A stretch of DNA of 64,000 nucleotides from an uncultured Methanoregulaceae archaeon (lineage in GTDB: Archaea; Halobacteriota; Methanomicrobia; Methanomicrobiales; Methanospirillaceae): assembly GCA_963705255.1 (NCBI GenBank), contig OY970061.1:1760001-1824000 (forward strand), written 5' to 3'. The notes under the pieces are model-generated. The model was given only the letters and a program-made list of their open reading frames with translations. It ran no database searches and had not been told where the DNA came from. Shown here in pieces: positions 21,055 to 32,209 of the stretch. Every line of letters begins with the position of its first letter. Position 1 is the first letter of the stretch. Position numbers and translations under genes: made by a program.

Positions 21055-21945
21055 CTATTTTTTGTTCAGTATCTTGGTGATCGCGTCGTCTGCCGCACGG
21101 CGCACGTAATCGTCCTTGTCCTCAAGCAGATTTTTCAGGGGTTCAAGTGCCTTTGCGTCACCGATGTTTCCCAGTGCATCCGCGGCCCCCCAGCGGACAT
21201 ACCAGTCGGGATTTTTGAGGGACTGGATGAGGGCGTCGACCGGGGCCCCGCTGCCCAGTTTGCCGAGTGCCCAGGAAGCCGGTACCTGGAGAAATGAATC
21301 CGATTCCTTCAGTGCCTTGCCAAGGCACACCGCCGCCTGTTTGTCCCCGATCTTGCCGAGTGCATCCGCGGCGCTCCAGCGGACATACCAGTCCTGGTCG
21401 TTGACGGACTGGATCAATGGTTCAACGGCACGCCGGTCACGGATCTCGCCGAGCGCCCATATTGCCCTGACCCTGACCCACCAGAGCGGGTCTTTCAGCG
21501 CAAGGATGAGGGGCCCGACCGCAGGATCGCCTATGAGGGAGAGGGCAAATGCACTTCGCCACTGGACATCGCTGTCTTCATCCCGGAGGGAGGCAATGAG
21601 CGGCTGGATGGACGGTTCACCGATCCTGGCCAGGACCAGGGTGGCATGCCACCGTAAATCATGATCATCGTCAGACAGCGCCCGGATGAGATGGGGGATT
21701 GCGACCTCGCCGATCGTCCCGAGAGCAAGCCCTGCGAGCCACCGGACATCCTGGTCGTTCTCCTTGAGTGCGCGGATCAGGGGTTTTACCGCGGGTTCCC
21801 CGATCTCCCCAAGGGCGAGTGCCGCTCTCCACCGGATCCCGAGGTTGGTATGCCGGATAGCCTTGATCAGGCCATCCATATCCATCCCGCTGGTGGTGTG
21901 GACAGAGTAGGCTTTTTTATCTGATATCAGGCCATTCGTATTCAC
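21055..21945 (-). CDS. HEAT-repeat (PBS-lyase-like) protein
   Basis: About 8 repeats of VRWxAAxALGxIG.xAVxPLIxAL. Confidence 0.88.
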   Translation of the reverse strand: MNTNGLISDKKAYSVHTTSGMDMDGLIKAIRHTNLGIRWRAALALGEIGEPAVKPLIRALKENDQDVRWLAGLALGTIGEVAIPHLIRALSDDDHDLRWHATLVLARIGEPSIQPLIASLRDEDSDVQWRSAFALSLIGDPAVGPLILALKDPLWWVRVRAIWALGEIRDRRAVEPLIQSVNDQDWYVRWSAADALGKIGDKQAAVCLGKALKESDSFLQVPASWALGKLGSGAPVDALIQSLKNPDWYVRWGAADALGNIGDAKALEPLKNLLEDKDDYVRRAADDAITKILNKK

Positions 21946-22221
21946 TATTTCCTCTCCTGCTCTGCGCTATCCGGATATCAATTGAACGAATTGTATACCA
22001 TGTATCGATATTTTTGCAAACGTACGGGCCCGGCCAGATAGAAGATAGAATGACTCTGTATAGAACTGATGATTGGTGCCAGCCGGGTTATATACCTATT
22101 GGGAATAGTTTGCCTGGAGCAGGGTGTGTGAAATACCCGGATCTTCCTGATGAAAACCTGCCCTCCGGTATCCCAATCTATATACCTGTGACGGCTGAAC
22201 CAGAACATGCGGCGAACCTGC

Positions 22222-23876
22222 ATGAAAGAAGTATCGGTTTTGATTGGCGGGAAGGCGGGAGATGGCATCAACAGTGCCGGCTCGATGGTAGCCCAGCTGC
22301 TGAACCACCTGGGGTACCGGATTTACCTGTACTTCGACTACCCCTCCCTGATCCGGGGCGGTCATAATTTTACGGTCGTCAGAGGCTCAGAACAGGATAT
22401 CGGGAGCTGCAGGGATACTCTCGATTTCATTCTTGCCCTCAACCAGGAGACCATCGCCCGGCACCGGGAGCGGCTCGAACCCGGAGCATGCGGTCATTTT
22501 CAATGCTGACCTGGTGAAATCTGACGGCCAGGGTGTCCCGGTAAAGTCCGTCCTCGAAGCTGAGCATGCCCCGGGCATCATGGGCAATTCCGCGATCATC
22601 GGGGGATTTGCAAAAGCAGCGTCTATCGAATGGGAGACGGTTGAAGCGGTGTTCAGGGCCCACATCCCGAAAGGTGTGGACCTCAATCTCAAGGTGGCGC
22701 GGCGGGCCTACGACCAGCTCCAGCCGGCCCGGAAGATCAGCCGGTGCGACAGCCCTGCACTGCCTCTCCTGAGCGGCAACGAAGCGATCGGTCTCGGGAT
22801 GGTCAGGGGAGGGCTCGAGGCCTATATATCGTACCCGATGACGCCGTCCTCCAGTCTCCTCCATTTCCTTGCGGAAGAGCAGGAACGGCTGGGAATCACC
22901 GTCGTGCACCCGGAGAACGAGATTGCGGTCATCCTCATGGCGCTTGGTTTCTCCTGTGCCGGGAAACGCACGGCGGTGGGCACATCCGGTGGGGGGTTCT
23001 GCCTGATGTCGGAAGGGCTTTCCTTTGCCCGGCATGGCCGAACTCCCTGTCGTGCTCGTGGTCTCCCAGCGGACCGGGCCTTCCACCGGTCTCCCGACCT
23101 ATACCGGGCAGTCCGATCTCCGGTTCATCCTCAATGCCGGCCAGGGAGAGTTCCCGCGGCTGATCGTCGCTCCCGGCAATGCACAGGAGGCGCTCTCCTG
23201 GTCGGCCGTTGCCGTTGACCTGGCATGGAAATTCCAGATCCCTGCGTTCATCCTGGCTGACAAGACGCTTTCCGAAGGGACCTACAGTGTGAACGACGTC
23301 GAGACCGGGCCACGGGGGCACGGTGAATTTTTGCCATGGGACCAGGCCGCACCGTACCGCCGGTATGCAGATTCCCCATCAGGTATCTCGCCGCTCGCCT
23401 TCCCGGGCACGAAGGGAGCGGTTGTCAAGGTGAACAGCTACGCCCATGACGAAGCGGGCATTACGACGGAGGAAGCGCCGATGGTTGAGAAGATGACCGA
23501 GAAGCGGCTGCGGAAATGGGAAGGGCTTGCGGCAGAGATGGAGAGGTACCCTGCGCTCAATGTCCTGGGCAATACTGCTGCTTCCACCGCCCTCCTCTGC
23601 TGGGGGTCGACCCGGTGCGTATGCACGGAGGTTGCGGCACAGCTCGGCCTGAAGGTGGTCCAGCCCGTGGTCCTCTCGCCCCTCCCGGTAGAGCGGTTGA
23701 AAACAGCGCTCCGGGGAGTTGAGCGGCTGATTGCGGTCGAGGAGAATGCAACAGCGCAACTGGTCGCGCTTATCGAACGGGAGGGAATACGTGCTGACAA
23801 GAAAATCCTCCGGTATGACGGCCGTCCCTTTACGGTCGACGAACTTGTACGCAGGGTGAGCGGGGTGATCGCATGA
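22222..23876 (+). CDS. 2-oxoacid:ferredoxin oxidoreductase alpha subunit (frameshifts near 22480 and 23030)
   Basis: GGKAGDG, YPSLIRGGHN, YPMTP, TSGGGF, QRTGPSTGLPT across three ORFs. Confidence 0.88.
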
Positions 23877-24724
23877 CCGGGCGTCCAATCATCACCGATA
23901 CCCAGAATACCTGGTGCCCGGGATGCGGCAACTTCTCGATCCAGTTCACGCTCAAGAACATCCTGACCGAGCTCGAGCAGGAAGGCAGGTCCCTTGACGA
24001 CGTCGTGCTCGTCTCCGGGATCGGCTGCCATGCAAAGATCGCCGACTACCTGAACATCAACAGTTTTTACTCCCTCCACGGCCGCACCATCCCTGCTGCA
24101 ACCGGGATCAAACTCGCGAATCCCCGCCTTACCGTAATCTGCTGTTCCGGTGACGGCGATTCCTATGCCGAGGGCCTCGACCACCTCATCTTCGCGGCAA
24201 AACGCAACATCGACATCACGGTCATCGTCCACAACAACCGTGTCTACGGGCTCACCACGGGCCAGTATACCCCCACGTCCCCGCTGGGGTTCAAGGGGAA
24301 GTCCACGCCTGCAGGCACCCTCGAGTACCCGTTCAACCCGCTCGAACTGATGCTCGCAAGCGGGGCAACCTATGTGGCACGGGGGTATACCCGGAAGATG
24401 GACCAGCTGAAGGGCCTGATCAGGGAAGGGATCGCTCACCGTGGGTTCTCCTTCATCGACACACTCCAGATCTGCGCCACCTTCTTCCCGGCCGCCGACT
24501 ATTACACGCCGAGGGTATACGATCTTGCCGATCATGATACATCCAGCTTTGAAGATGCCTGCCTGAAGGCCAGGGAATGGGATTACAACAGCGACGCCCC
24601 CATAGCGCTCGGGGTGTTGTACCAGAAAAAGTTCCCGACATTCGACGAGCGGATGGCAAGGAAAGAGATGAGCCGTGAGGACCGGGAACGGGCAATCCGG
24701 GAACTTCTTGCAGCAAGGGCATGA
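23873..24724 (+). CDS. 2-oxoacid:ferredoxin oxidoreductase beta subunit
   Basis: WCPGCGN, SGIGC, GDGD, NNRVYGLT TPP motifs. Confidence 0.92.
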   Translation: MTGRPIITDTQNTWCPGCGNFSIQFTLKNILTELEQEGRSLDDVVLVSGIGCHAKIADYLNINSFYSLHGRTIPAATGIKLANPRLTVICCSGDGDSYAEGLDHLIFAAKRNIDITVIVHNNRVYGLTTGQYTPTSPLGFKGKSTPAGTLEYPFNPLELMLASGATYVARGYTRKMDQLKGLIREGIAHRGFSFIDTLQICATFFPAADYYTPRVYDLADHDTSSFEDACLKAREWDYNSDAPIALGVLYQKKFPTFDERMARKEMSREDRERAIRELLAARA

Positions 24725-24815
24725 CGTGAGCTGCCGCAGGTTCCCCCGCAGACCTCATGGCAACAGACATCTGGTGGGAGAACATACCGGTAATCCGTCT
24801 TGATACCGTGATGAC

Positions 24816-25661
24816 ATGAACCAGAGTGATGCTGCCTCCCGGAAAGAACTGGCCGGAACGCCCCCTACGACGTTTATTCAGCCGGTGCTGAGGCTGCTGG
24901 TGATCCCGCTCCTGGTGTACAGCATCTGGCTCATGGAGATCTTTTTGCTGGAGGGTAATGTACGCCTCTTCTCGCGACCCGACTCCGCGGGACTTGTCAT
25001 CTATACGCTCGTGGCATGCATCCTGATAGGATCGGTTGTCCCGCTCTTCCTCATCCGCCGCTCCTTTCTTTCCGGCGCAGTGAACCTGTTCCAGATCGGG
25101 TTCCGGTCAGCCCGGCGCGCCGTTCTTATCTGTGCAGTAACCCTTGCCATCTGTTCGGTGGCGGTTGTCCTTTTCATCCCGCCGGGGATGGACAGCCAGT
25201 CCTTTTTCCGGGTATTCCTGCTCCTCCTTCCCACCGGGGTTGCTTCGGTCATGGTCTGCTGGGTGCTGGTCGGGACCCATGTCCAGGCGCTTGTCCGCGG
25301 CAGCGGGGCACTGGCCTCCATCTGCGCCGGCGTCGTGGTGACTTCACTGCTGTTTGGTATTGTCCCCCTTGTCCAGACCCCGGGGGTCCTGCCGCAGGAA
25401 ATGACCCTCTGGCACATCGGTTCGGGGATCATCGCCGCGCTCTTCTTTTTTTCCGTGCGGGATGTCTATGCAACCAGCATCGTCGCCACCGTACTCATGG
25501 TATTCCCGGTGACCGCCGGGAGCGGTATCATATATCCCGGTTACGCGATGACACCGGTCCTGCTCTCTGCGGCCATCTCGCTGGGGACCCTGATCGGGAT
25601 CCACTGGTACCTGTCCCGGAATTTTGTCACGATTGCTGTTCCGGAGATGCAGCGGACATAG
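24816..25661 (+). CDS. Hypothetical multi-pass membrane protein
   Basis: About 8 hydrophobic segments. Confidence 0.65.
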   Translation: MNQSDAASRKELAGTPPTTFIQPVLRLLVIPLLVYSIWLMEIFLLEGNVRLFSRPDSAGLVIYTLVACILIGSVVPLFLIRRSFLSGAVNLFQIGFRSARRAVLICAVTLAICSVAVVLFIPPGMDSQSFFRVFLLLLPTGVASVMVCWVLVGTHVQALVRGSGALASICAGVVVTSLLFGIVPLVQTPGVLPQEMTLWHIGSGIIAALFFFSVRDVYATSIVATVLMVFPVTAGSGIIYPGYAMTPVLLSAAISLGTLIGIHWYLSRNFVTIAVPEMQRT

Positions 25662-25948
25662 GTGTCATGTGTTTTCCAGCACCGCCCGGTTGAGCACCTG
25701 CGGGAAGAACAGAGAGCAGGAAGCAGGCCGTCCTGCCCGGGCACGCCGATCACGTTTGACCGGACGGTACAACCAGCTGTCCATCCTCTGAAAAGGTGAT
25801 GAACCTCGGCTGGCTTTCGTGGACGTCTGATGAAAAAGTCACGGACTTTTTATGCCCGGTGTGAGCGGTTCCGGGACGGGCAGGAACACCGGCAGATGGT
25901 GGGGAGGTACAAACCATTAATTTCCCTTGCGGAATATGATAGGTAGGA

Positions 25949-26542
25949 ATGCTGGAATTCGCTCTTTCCCCCGGTATTTTTGCGTTTGTCATTGTACCCC
26001 TCCTGATATTCTGCGCCCGGGTCTGCGACATGAGCCTTGACACCATCCGGGTCATCTTCATGTCGAAGGGGATCCAGTACCTCCCGCCATTCATCGGGTT
26101 CTTCGAGGTTATCATCTGGCTCGTGGCCATCGGGCAGGTCATGAACAACCTGACCAATTTTGTCTGTTACATTGCGTACGGCGGAGGGTTTGCCACCGGC
26201 ACGTTCGTCGGCATGGCCATCGAGGAGAAACTCTCGCTTGGCCTGACCAGCGTACGCATCATCACCAAGGAAGACCCGTCGGAACTGATGCAGTTCCTGC
26301 GCTCCCACAATTACGGGGTCACGAGCATTGACGGGGAAGGGAGCACCGGCAGGGTGAAGATGGTCTTCACCATCATCAAGCGGCAGGACCTCCGGCACGT
26401 TGTCGGCATCATCAAGGACTTCCACCCGAATGCTTTCTATTCCATCGAGGAAGTGAAATCGGTTGCCGAAGGAGTCTTTCCCGCACGGAATTCCCATCGC
26501 ATCTTCCGGTGGCTCGATACGTTCAGTTCCGGACCGAAATGA
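25949..26542 (+). CDS. UPF0316/DUF2179 membrane protein
   Basis: ARVCDMSLDTIR, GFFEV, YGGGFATG, YGVT. Confidence 0.85.
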   Translation: MLEFALSPGIFAFVIVPLLIFCARVCDMSLDTIRVIFMSKGIQYLPPFIGFFEVIIWLVAIGQVMNNLTNFVCYIAYGGGFATGTFVGMAIEEKLSLGLTSVRIITKEDPSELMQFLRSHNYGVTSIDGEGSTGRVKMVFTIIKRQDLRHVVGIIKDFHPNAFYSIEEVKSVAEGVFPARNSHRIFRWLDTFSSGPK

Positions 26543-26710
26543 CGATAACGGTGAAGGGACGCCGGAATTTCTGAAAACTCAGGCAGACCGGCAGAACGTC
26601 GTCGAAACCTATTTTTTTAATCATCGGCCGCGATAATAATTTTTAGAGGATTTAGTCATATCAATCATATAATACCCAATAAAATTTATCCTGTTTATGA
26701 GATATTCCTG

Positions 26711-26768
26711 ACCCCCCCCCGCAACAAAGAACTGCCTGCCCGTGGCGGCAGTTCGACTTGTGGGGGGT
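26711..26768. repeat. Long intergenic inverted repeat
   Basis: ACCCCCC...GAACTGCC-N10-GGCAGTTC-GACTTG..GGGGGGT. Confidence 0.55.
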
Positions 26769-26906
26769 TGGGGGGCGTTCTTATCCTAAACGTGGGGTTC
26801 AAGATGTGTTCTCCCGATGGCCCTGTAGTGCACGCAGGATCATGCACAACCGGCCCGACCAATACCTTCTTTTTCTTTCAGGATGACGATGACACAGGGA
26901 ATTCGT

Positions 26907-28173
26907 ATGCCGATACTGAGGATCCATGTCGAAAATTTCAAGAGTTTTTCCTTCGTCGATGTTGAGCTCTCCCGGTTCAATGTCGTGATCGGTTCCAATG
27001 CGGCAGGAAAGTCCAACTTCACGTCCATCTTCCGGTTCCTGCACGACATTGCCTCCCACGGGCTCGTCAACGCGATCGCCATGCAGGGGGGCGCGGAATA
27101 CCTCAGGAACGCAAAGATCGGCACAGAACGGGACCTTGCCATCAGGGTGGTATACCAGCCGGACATGGCGATGGAGGTCGTCGATACCGGGCAAAGAGAC
27201 CTCCCGCTGCTGGGCCTGAGGGCCTGCGAGTCGTCCTACGAGTTCGCGATCAGGTTCGGCGGGGAGGGGGACGATTTTGTCATAACCCGGGACCGGCTCG
27301 TGATCGGCTGCATGGTCTCCGCCTGTGAATGTACCGGGAGAGAGACCGTGGAGAAAGAAGCTCTCGGCCACGCGGAGATCCGGGTCTCGTGCGAAAGCGG
27401 CGAGGTTCACTACGAGGTGGATCTGCCCGGGGGGTGCTGTCTTACCCGGGACGAGATCATCCCGGTCCTGTTCCGGAACAAACGCCTGCCAAAAAGGACC
27501 CTCCTCCTCGAAACGATCTACGGCTCCCCGATTCCGCACCTGGACCGGTTCTTCGACAGGATCGCCATCTATGACATCGACCCGAAACTGCCGAAAAAAG
27601 GGGTCGTGATCACCGGGAAACGCGGAGCTCGAGGCAGACGCGGGAAACCTGGCCCTTGTCGTCAAGACCATCCTCGGGGACCCGGAAAAGAAGAGGAAAT
27701 TTTCCAACCTCCTCCGGGATATCCTGCCGTTCGTAGAGGAGGTTTCCGTCCAGAAGTTCATGGACGTCTCGCTCATCCTTACCCTCCGCGAACGCTATAC
27801 CAGGAACCGCGACCTGCCCGCCTCCTCGTTGTCGGACGGGACGATCACCATCTTTGCGCTGATCGTCGCCCTCTATTTTGAGGACAAACCCTTCATCATC
27901 ATCGAAGAACCGGTGAGCCACATCCACCCGTTCCTGGTCTCGCGGGTGATCGCCATGATGAAAGAAGCATCGGCGCAGAAGCAGATCATGGTCACCACGC
28001 ACAGCACGGAAGTGGTCAAGTACGCGTCCCCGGACGACCTCCTCCTCATCTCCCGCGACAGCGAGGGGTTTTCCCTGGTCTCCCGTCCTTCGGACAAGGA
28101 GGAGATCAGGACGTTTCTTGAAAACGAGATAGGGATAGAGGAACTGTTCGTCCAGAACCTGCTGGGAATGTGA
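26907..28173 (+). CDS. ABC/AAA_21-type ATPase (frameshift near 27621)
   Basis: ENFKSF, Walker A GSNAAGKSN, signature LSDGT, Walker B IIIEEP, TTHS. Confidence 0.85.
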
Positions 28174-28713
28174 ATGAAAAAGCGCCTGTTCGTCATGGTC
28201 GAGGGAGCGGACGACGTCCGGTTTTTCGGCCGTATCGTAAAACCCCTCTTCGCACCTCAGTATGATTCGGTCGAGATCGTCCCGTATGCCTGCATCAAGC
28301 GCGAGAAGGTGAACAAGTTCTTGAAAAGCGTCGGCCTGATGAAGAGCGACTACATCTTCGTCGCGGATATCGATTCCGAACATTCGGTAGGAGACAAAAA
28401 ACAGATCCTCTATCACCGCTTCAGCAATGTAGACGGCGGCAGCATCGTGGTTGTCATCATGGAGATCGAGAGCTGGTATTATGCAGGGATTACCGGGACT
28501 GTAGCGCAGGAACTGGGCATTGCGGAGATGCCATCCACGGATGAGCTCACGAAGGAGGATTTCAATGCCCGCATCCCCCGCAGATTCGATTCACGGATTG
28601 ATTTCATGTTCGAGATTCTCAAGTCCTTTTCCCTCGAAACGGCTGACCGGAAGAACCAGTCGTTCCACTTTTTTGTCAACCGCTACTGGATTTATAAAAG
28701 CCCTGAGGCGTAA
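28174..28713 (+). CDS. TOPRIM-like partner of the ATPase
   Basis: VEGADD, DID, EIESWY; starts immediately after the ATPase stop. Confidence 0.65.
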   Translation: MKKRLFVMVEGADDVRFFGRIVKPLFAPQYDSVEIVPYACIKREKVNKFLKSVGLMKSDYIFVADIDSEHSVGDKKQILYHRFSNVDGGSIVVVIMEIESWYYAGITGTVAQELGIAEMPSTDELTKEDFNARIPRRFDSRIDFMFEILKSFSLETADRKNQSFHFFVNRYWIYKSPEA

Positions 28714-28817
28714 CACGGCCCGGTGAATTGCCGCTGTTCCCTTTTGTTGGCATAATCGAAACCATTTTTAAAACCTGACGCTATTCTCTTATGCCCAGAA
28801 ACAAAGGAGGAGATTGT

Positions 28818-28979
28818 ACGGACAGATACGTATGCACGATATGCGGGCATGGATATGAACCGGAGAAGGGCGATCCTCTCCAGGATATCTCTCACGGAAC
28901 AGATTTCAAAAATCTTCCGGATGACTGGCAGTGTCACGTCTGTTTTCCGGGAAAGAAATTATTCACCAGGGAGTGCTGA
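28818..28979 (+). pseudogene. Rubredoxin, start codon appears as ACG
   Basis: (T)DRYVCTICGHGYEPEKGD...FKNLPDDWQCHVC after an AGGAGG RBS. Confidence 0.65.
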
Positions 28980-28987
28980 ACGGTTCT

Positions 28988-30172
28988 ATGGTATCGCGTG
29001 AAATAACCAGGGGGATCTCCTGGGTCGGGGCCCTTGACTTCGACCGGAGAATTTTTGACGAACTGATCCCGCTCCCTGATGGCACGAGTTACAACTCATA
29101 CCTCGTCAGGGGCAGCGAGAAGACTGCGCTGATCGATACGGTTGATCCCACCAAGGAAGAAGACCTGATCCTGAACCTCATAAAACTTGGCGTGGACCGG
29201 ATCGATTATGTGGTCATCAACCATGCGGAACAGGACCATTCCGGTGCCCTCCCGATGCTCCTCGAAATGTGCCCGCAGGTAAAAGTGGTGACCAATGAGA
29301 AGTGCCGGGACCTTCTCGTCGCCATGCTGCAGATCCCTCCCGGGAGCGTTCAGGTGATCAGGGATGGCGAGACCCTCTCGCTCGGGGATAAGACACTCCG
29401 GTTCTTCATGACACCCTGGACGCACTGGCCCGAAACCCAGATCACGTTCCTGGAGGAGGATAAAATCCTGTTCCCCTGCGATCTTTTCGGGTTCCACATG
29501 GCGTCAAGCGAGCTGTACGTAACCGATGAAGCAGCAGCCTGCCGCTCGGCAAAACGGTATTATGCCGAGATCATGATGCCGTTCCGGAACAGTATCAAGG
29601 GATATGTGGAGAAGGTGAGGGGCCTCAACCCCACCATGATCGCGCCCAGCCACGGCCCGATACACCGCAACCCGAAGTTCATTCTCGATGCATATGCCGA
29701 CTGGGTATCGGACAGCGTAAAAAATGAGGTCGTGATTCCCTACGTCTCCATGCACGGGAGCACGAAGAAGATGGTGGAACATCTCACAGGGGCGCTCATC
29801 GAACGGGGAATAAACGTGAAACCCTTCAACCTCACGCACACCGATATCGGCGAGCTTGCGCTCGCGCTCGTAGACACGGCGACGATCGTTGTCGCAACGC
29901 CAACGGTGCTCTTCGGGCCCCACCCGCAGATCATCAACGCGACGTACCTGGCAAACCTCCTGAAGCCCAAGGTGCGGTTCGCCTCGGTCATCGGGTCCTT
30001 CGGCTGGGGGGGAAAATCGGCAGAGACGATTGTGAAGATGCTGGACCATGTCAGGGTTGAAGTCCTTGAACCGGTCGTAATCAAGGGGATGCCGGATGAG
30101 GCAGCGATCGTGGCGCTCAACCGGCTTGCAGACGACATACTGAAAAAGCACAAGGAGATCAATATCGCGTAA
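28988..30172 (+). CDS. fprA: Flavodiiron protein (FprA family)
   Basis: GTSYNSY, HAEQDHSG, HWPET, PSHG, SMHGST, GSFGWGG. Confidence 0.9.
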   Translation: MVSREITRGISWVGALDFDRRIFDELIPLPDGTSYNSYLVRGSEKTALIDTVDPTKEEDLILNLIKLGVDRIDYVVINHAEQDHSGALPMLLEMCPQVKVVTNEKCRDLLVAMLQIPPGSVQVIRDGETLSLGDKTLRFFMTPWTHWPETQITFLEEDKILFPCDLFGFHMASSELYVTDEAAACRSAKRYYAEIMMPFRNSIKGYVEKVRGLNPTMIAPSHGPIHRNPKFILDAYADWVSDSVKNEVVIPYVSMHGSTKKMVEHLTGALIERGINVKPFNLTHTDIGELALALVDTATIVVATPTVLFGPHPQIINATYLANLLKPKVRFASVIGSFGWGGKSAETIVKMLDHVRVEVLEPVVIKGMPDEAAIVALNRLADDILKKHKEINIA

Positions 30173-30392
30173 AAGAGTGGTGCGCCGGAATGACATCCAT
30201 GTCCGAAGGGTACATACGTGCAGATATCTGAATTGCAGCTGAATTTTTTTAAAGAAGGAATCATCGGCCGGGATGATGCGAAGATGCATTCCCGGGTTCC
30301 CCGGCGATGATCCTCCGCCTCTTCCCGCAACACAACTTTACTTTTGTTAACATCAGGAGATCTAATATAAATTGCCATCCCATAGTATCCTG

Positions 30393-31206
30393 ATGAAGCA
30401 GGTCGCCCTGTATGGTAAAGGGGGTATCGGGAAGTCCACGACTTCGGCGAACATGTCGGCAGCGCTCTCCGGCATGGGACTTTCCGTCCTGCAGATCGGC
30501 TGCGATCCCAAGCGGGACAGCACGCGGATGCTGATGCAGGGTGTATTTATCCCCACGGTCATGGACCTGGTCCGGACCCGGGGCGAAGCGGCCCTCTCTC
30601 TTGATGACATCGTCTATACCGGCTACAATGGCGTCCGGTGTGTCGAAGCAGGAGGGCCCGAGCCCGGTGTCGGCTGTGCCGGCCGCGGTATCATTGCGAC
30701 GTTCCAGCTTCTGGAGAAGTTCGGCGCACTCACGGGCGACGTGATTGTGTACGATGTCCTCGGGGACGTGGTCTGCGGCGGGTTTGCCATGCCCATGAGG
30801 CAAGGCTACGCCCAGGAGATCTACCTGGTCACCTCCGGGGAGATGATGTCCCTCTATGCAGCAAACAATATCTGCAAGGCGATCCAGCGGCTCTCCTTAC
30901 GGGTGAAGAGCAAATGCCGCCTTGCCGGTATCATCTGCAACGCGAAGGGCCAGCCCCGCGAAGAGGAGCTCGTGACCGAGTTTGCCCGGCGGGTGAACAG
31001 CTCGCTCGTGCAGTACATCCCCCGCGATCATATCGTCCAGCTTGCCGAAGTCAACCGCCAGACGGTGATCGAATACAGCCCTGATTCGGACCCAGGCCGG
31101 GCAGTACCGCTCCCTTGCCAGGCATGTCATGGAGAATACCCGGATGTCGATCCCCAGCCCCCTTGAAATCGATGAACTCGAATCCCTTATCCGTGAATTC
31201 TTCTAG
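30393..31206 (+). CDS. NifH-like Fe protein (frameshift near 31092)
   Basis: [41 protein letters not shown]; shifted frame ends ...[10 protein letters not shown]. Confidence 0.9.
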
Positions 31207-32209
31207 GCTCGGGGGCTGTACCCTGACCGGGGCTCTCTCGGTGACCTCCCATGTCAGCGATGCCGTAAGTATCGTGCACGGCCCCAAAGGGTGCACCCAC
31301 CACAATTTCTCCCTGCTCCACGCAACCTGGCTTGACAACGGGCAGGTCATGGCACCCGGACTCTTCTCAACAGGTCTCCGGGAAAACGACATTGTTTTTG
31401 GCGGTGAGAAGGCACTTGAACAGGCACTGGCGAAGGCAGCTGACCGGGACGTGCATGCCATTTTCGTATTATCTACCTGCATCGTCGACACCATCGGTGA
31501 CGACGTAGACGCCGTGTGTGCCGGGGATTACGGGATACCGGTCATTCATGTCCCCACGGCCGGGTTCCTCGGGGGGACCTTCCAGGATGGTCTGAACAAT
31601 GCCCTCATCGCCCTTGCGGGGACCGCCGGGCCCTGCCCGAAGGGGAGGGGTGTCAACATTATCGGCGAGATGAACCTCGAGTATGAAGTGGGAGCGAATT
31701 ATGCCGAGGTCTCCCGTCTGCTCTCCGGGCTGGGACTGGCAGTGAACCTGCGGTTCGTGCATGCCATCACCTTCGGAGAATTTTCCCTGCTCGGTGCGGC
31801 CCGGCTCAACATCCTCAGGAACCCTTCGCTTGTCCCCGTTGGGGAATACCTGCAGAAGAGGTTTGGAACTCCGTTCATCGCCTCGTTTCCCCACGGCCTG
31901 TCAGGCACTCTCTCTTTTATCCGGTCAGTAGCGGAAGCCTGCGGGATTGACGGGGCATGTGCAGCCGAACGTGAAAAGGCCCTCCAGGACGAGATGATAG
32001 CTTCTTTTTCGGATCTCAGGGGTTCCCCTGTCGTGTTCGACACTACCCTGTCAGGCCCGGAGAGAACCGGGACCGCACAGGAGCTTGCCGGTGCACTTGG
32101 ACTCTCCCCGGGAAACGGGTGCGGGAGAGTCCTGCCGGTCAGCCCGGCGGTCGGGACCGCAGGGACGAGACGGATGCTCCACCGCTGGCGAAGGGCGATC
32201 CATGCCTGA
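31172..32209 (+). CDS. Nitrogenase component-1-like subunit (NifD/E-like, short)
   Basis: [39 protein letters not shown]. Confidence 0.82.
   Translation: MNSNPLSVNSSRLGGCTLTGALSVTSHVSDAVSIVHGPKGCTHHNFSLLHATWLDNGQVMAPGLFSTGLRENDIVFGGEKALEQALAKAADRDVHAIFVLSTCIVDTIGDDVDAVCAGDYGIPVIHVPTAGFLGGTFQDGLNNALIALAGTAGPCPKGRGVNIIGEMNLEYEVGANYAEVSRLLSGLGLAVNLRFVHAITFGEFSLLGAARLNILRNPSLVPVGEYLQKRFGTPFIASFPHGLSGTLSFIRSVAEACGIDGACAAEREKALQDEMIASFSDLRGSPVVFDTTLSGPERTGTAQELAGALGLSPGNGCGRVLPVSPAVGTAGTRRMLHRWRRAIHA

Noticed and set aside
22050-22180. Degenerate rubredoxin upstream of the OFOR alpha gene (GYI...PDLPDE)
   Set aside because: CxxC motifs are absent; similarity is too weak to call
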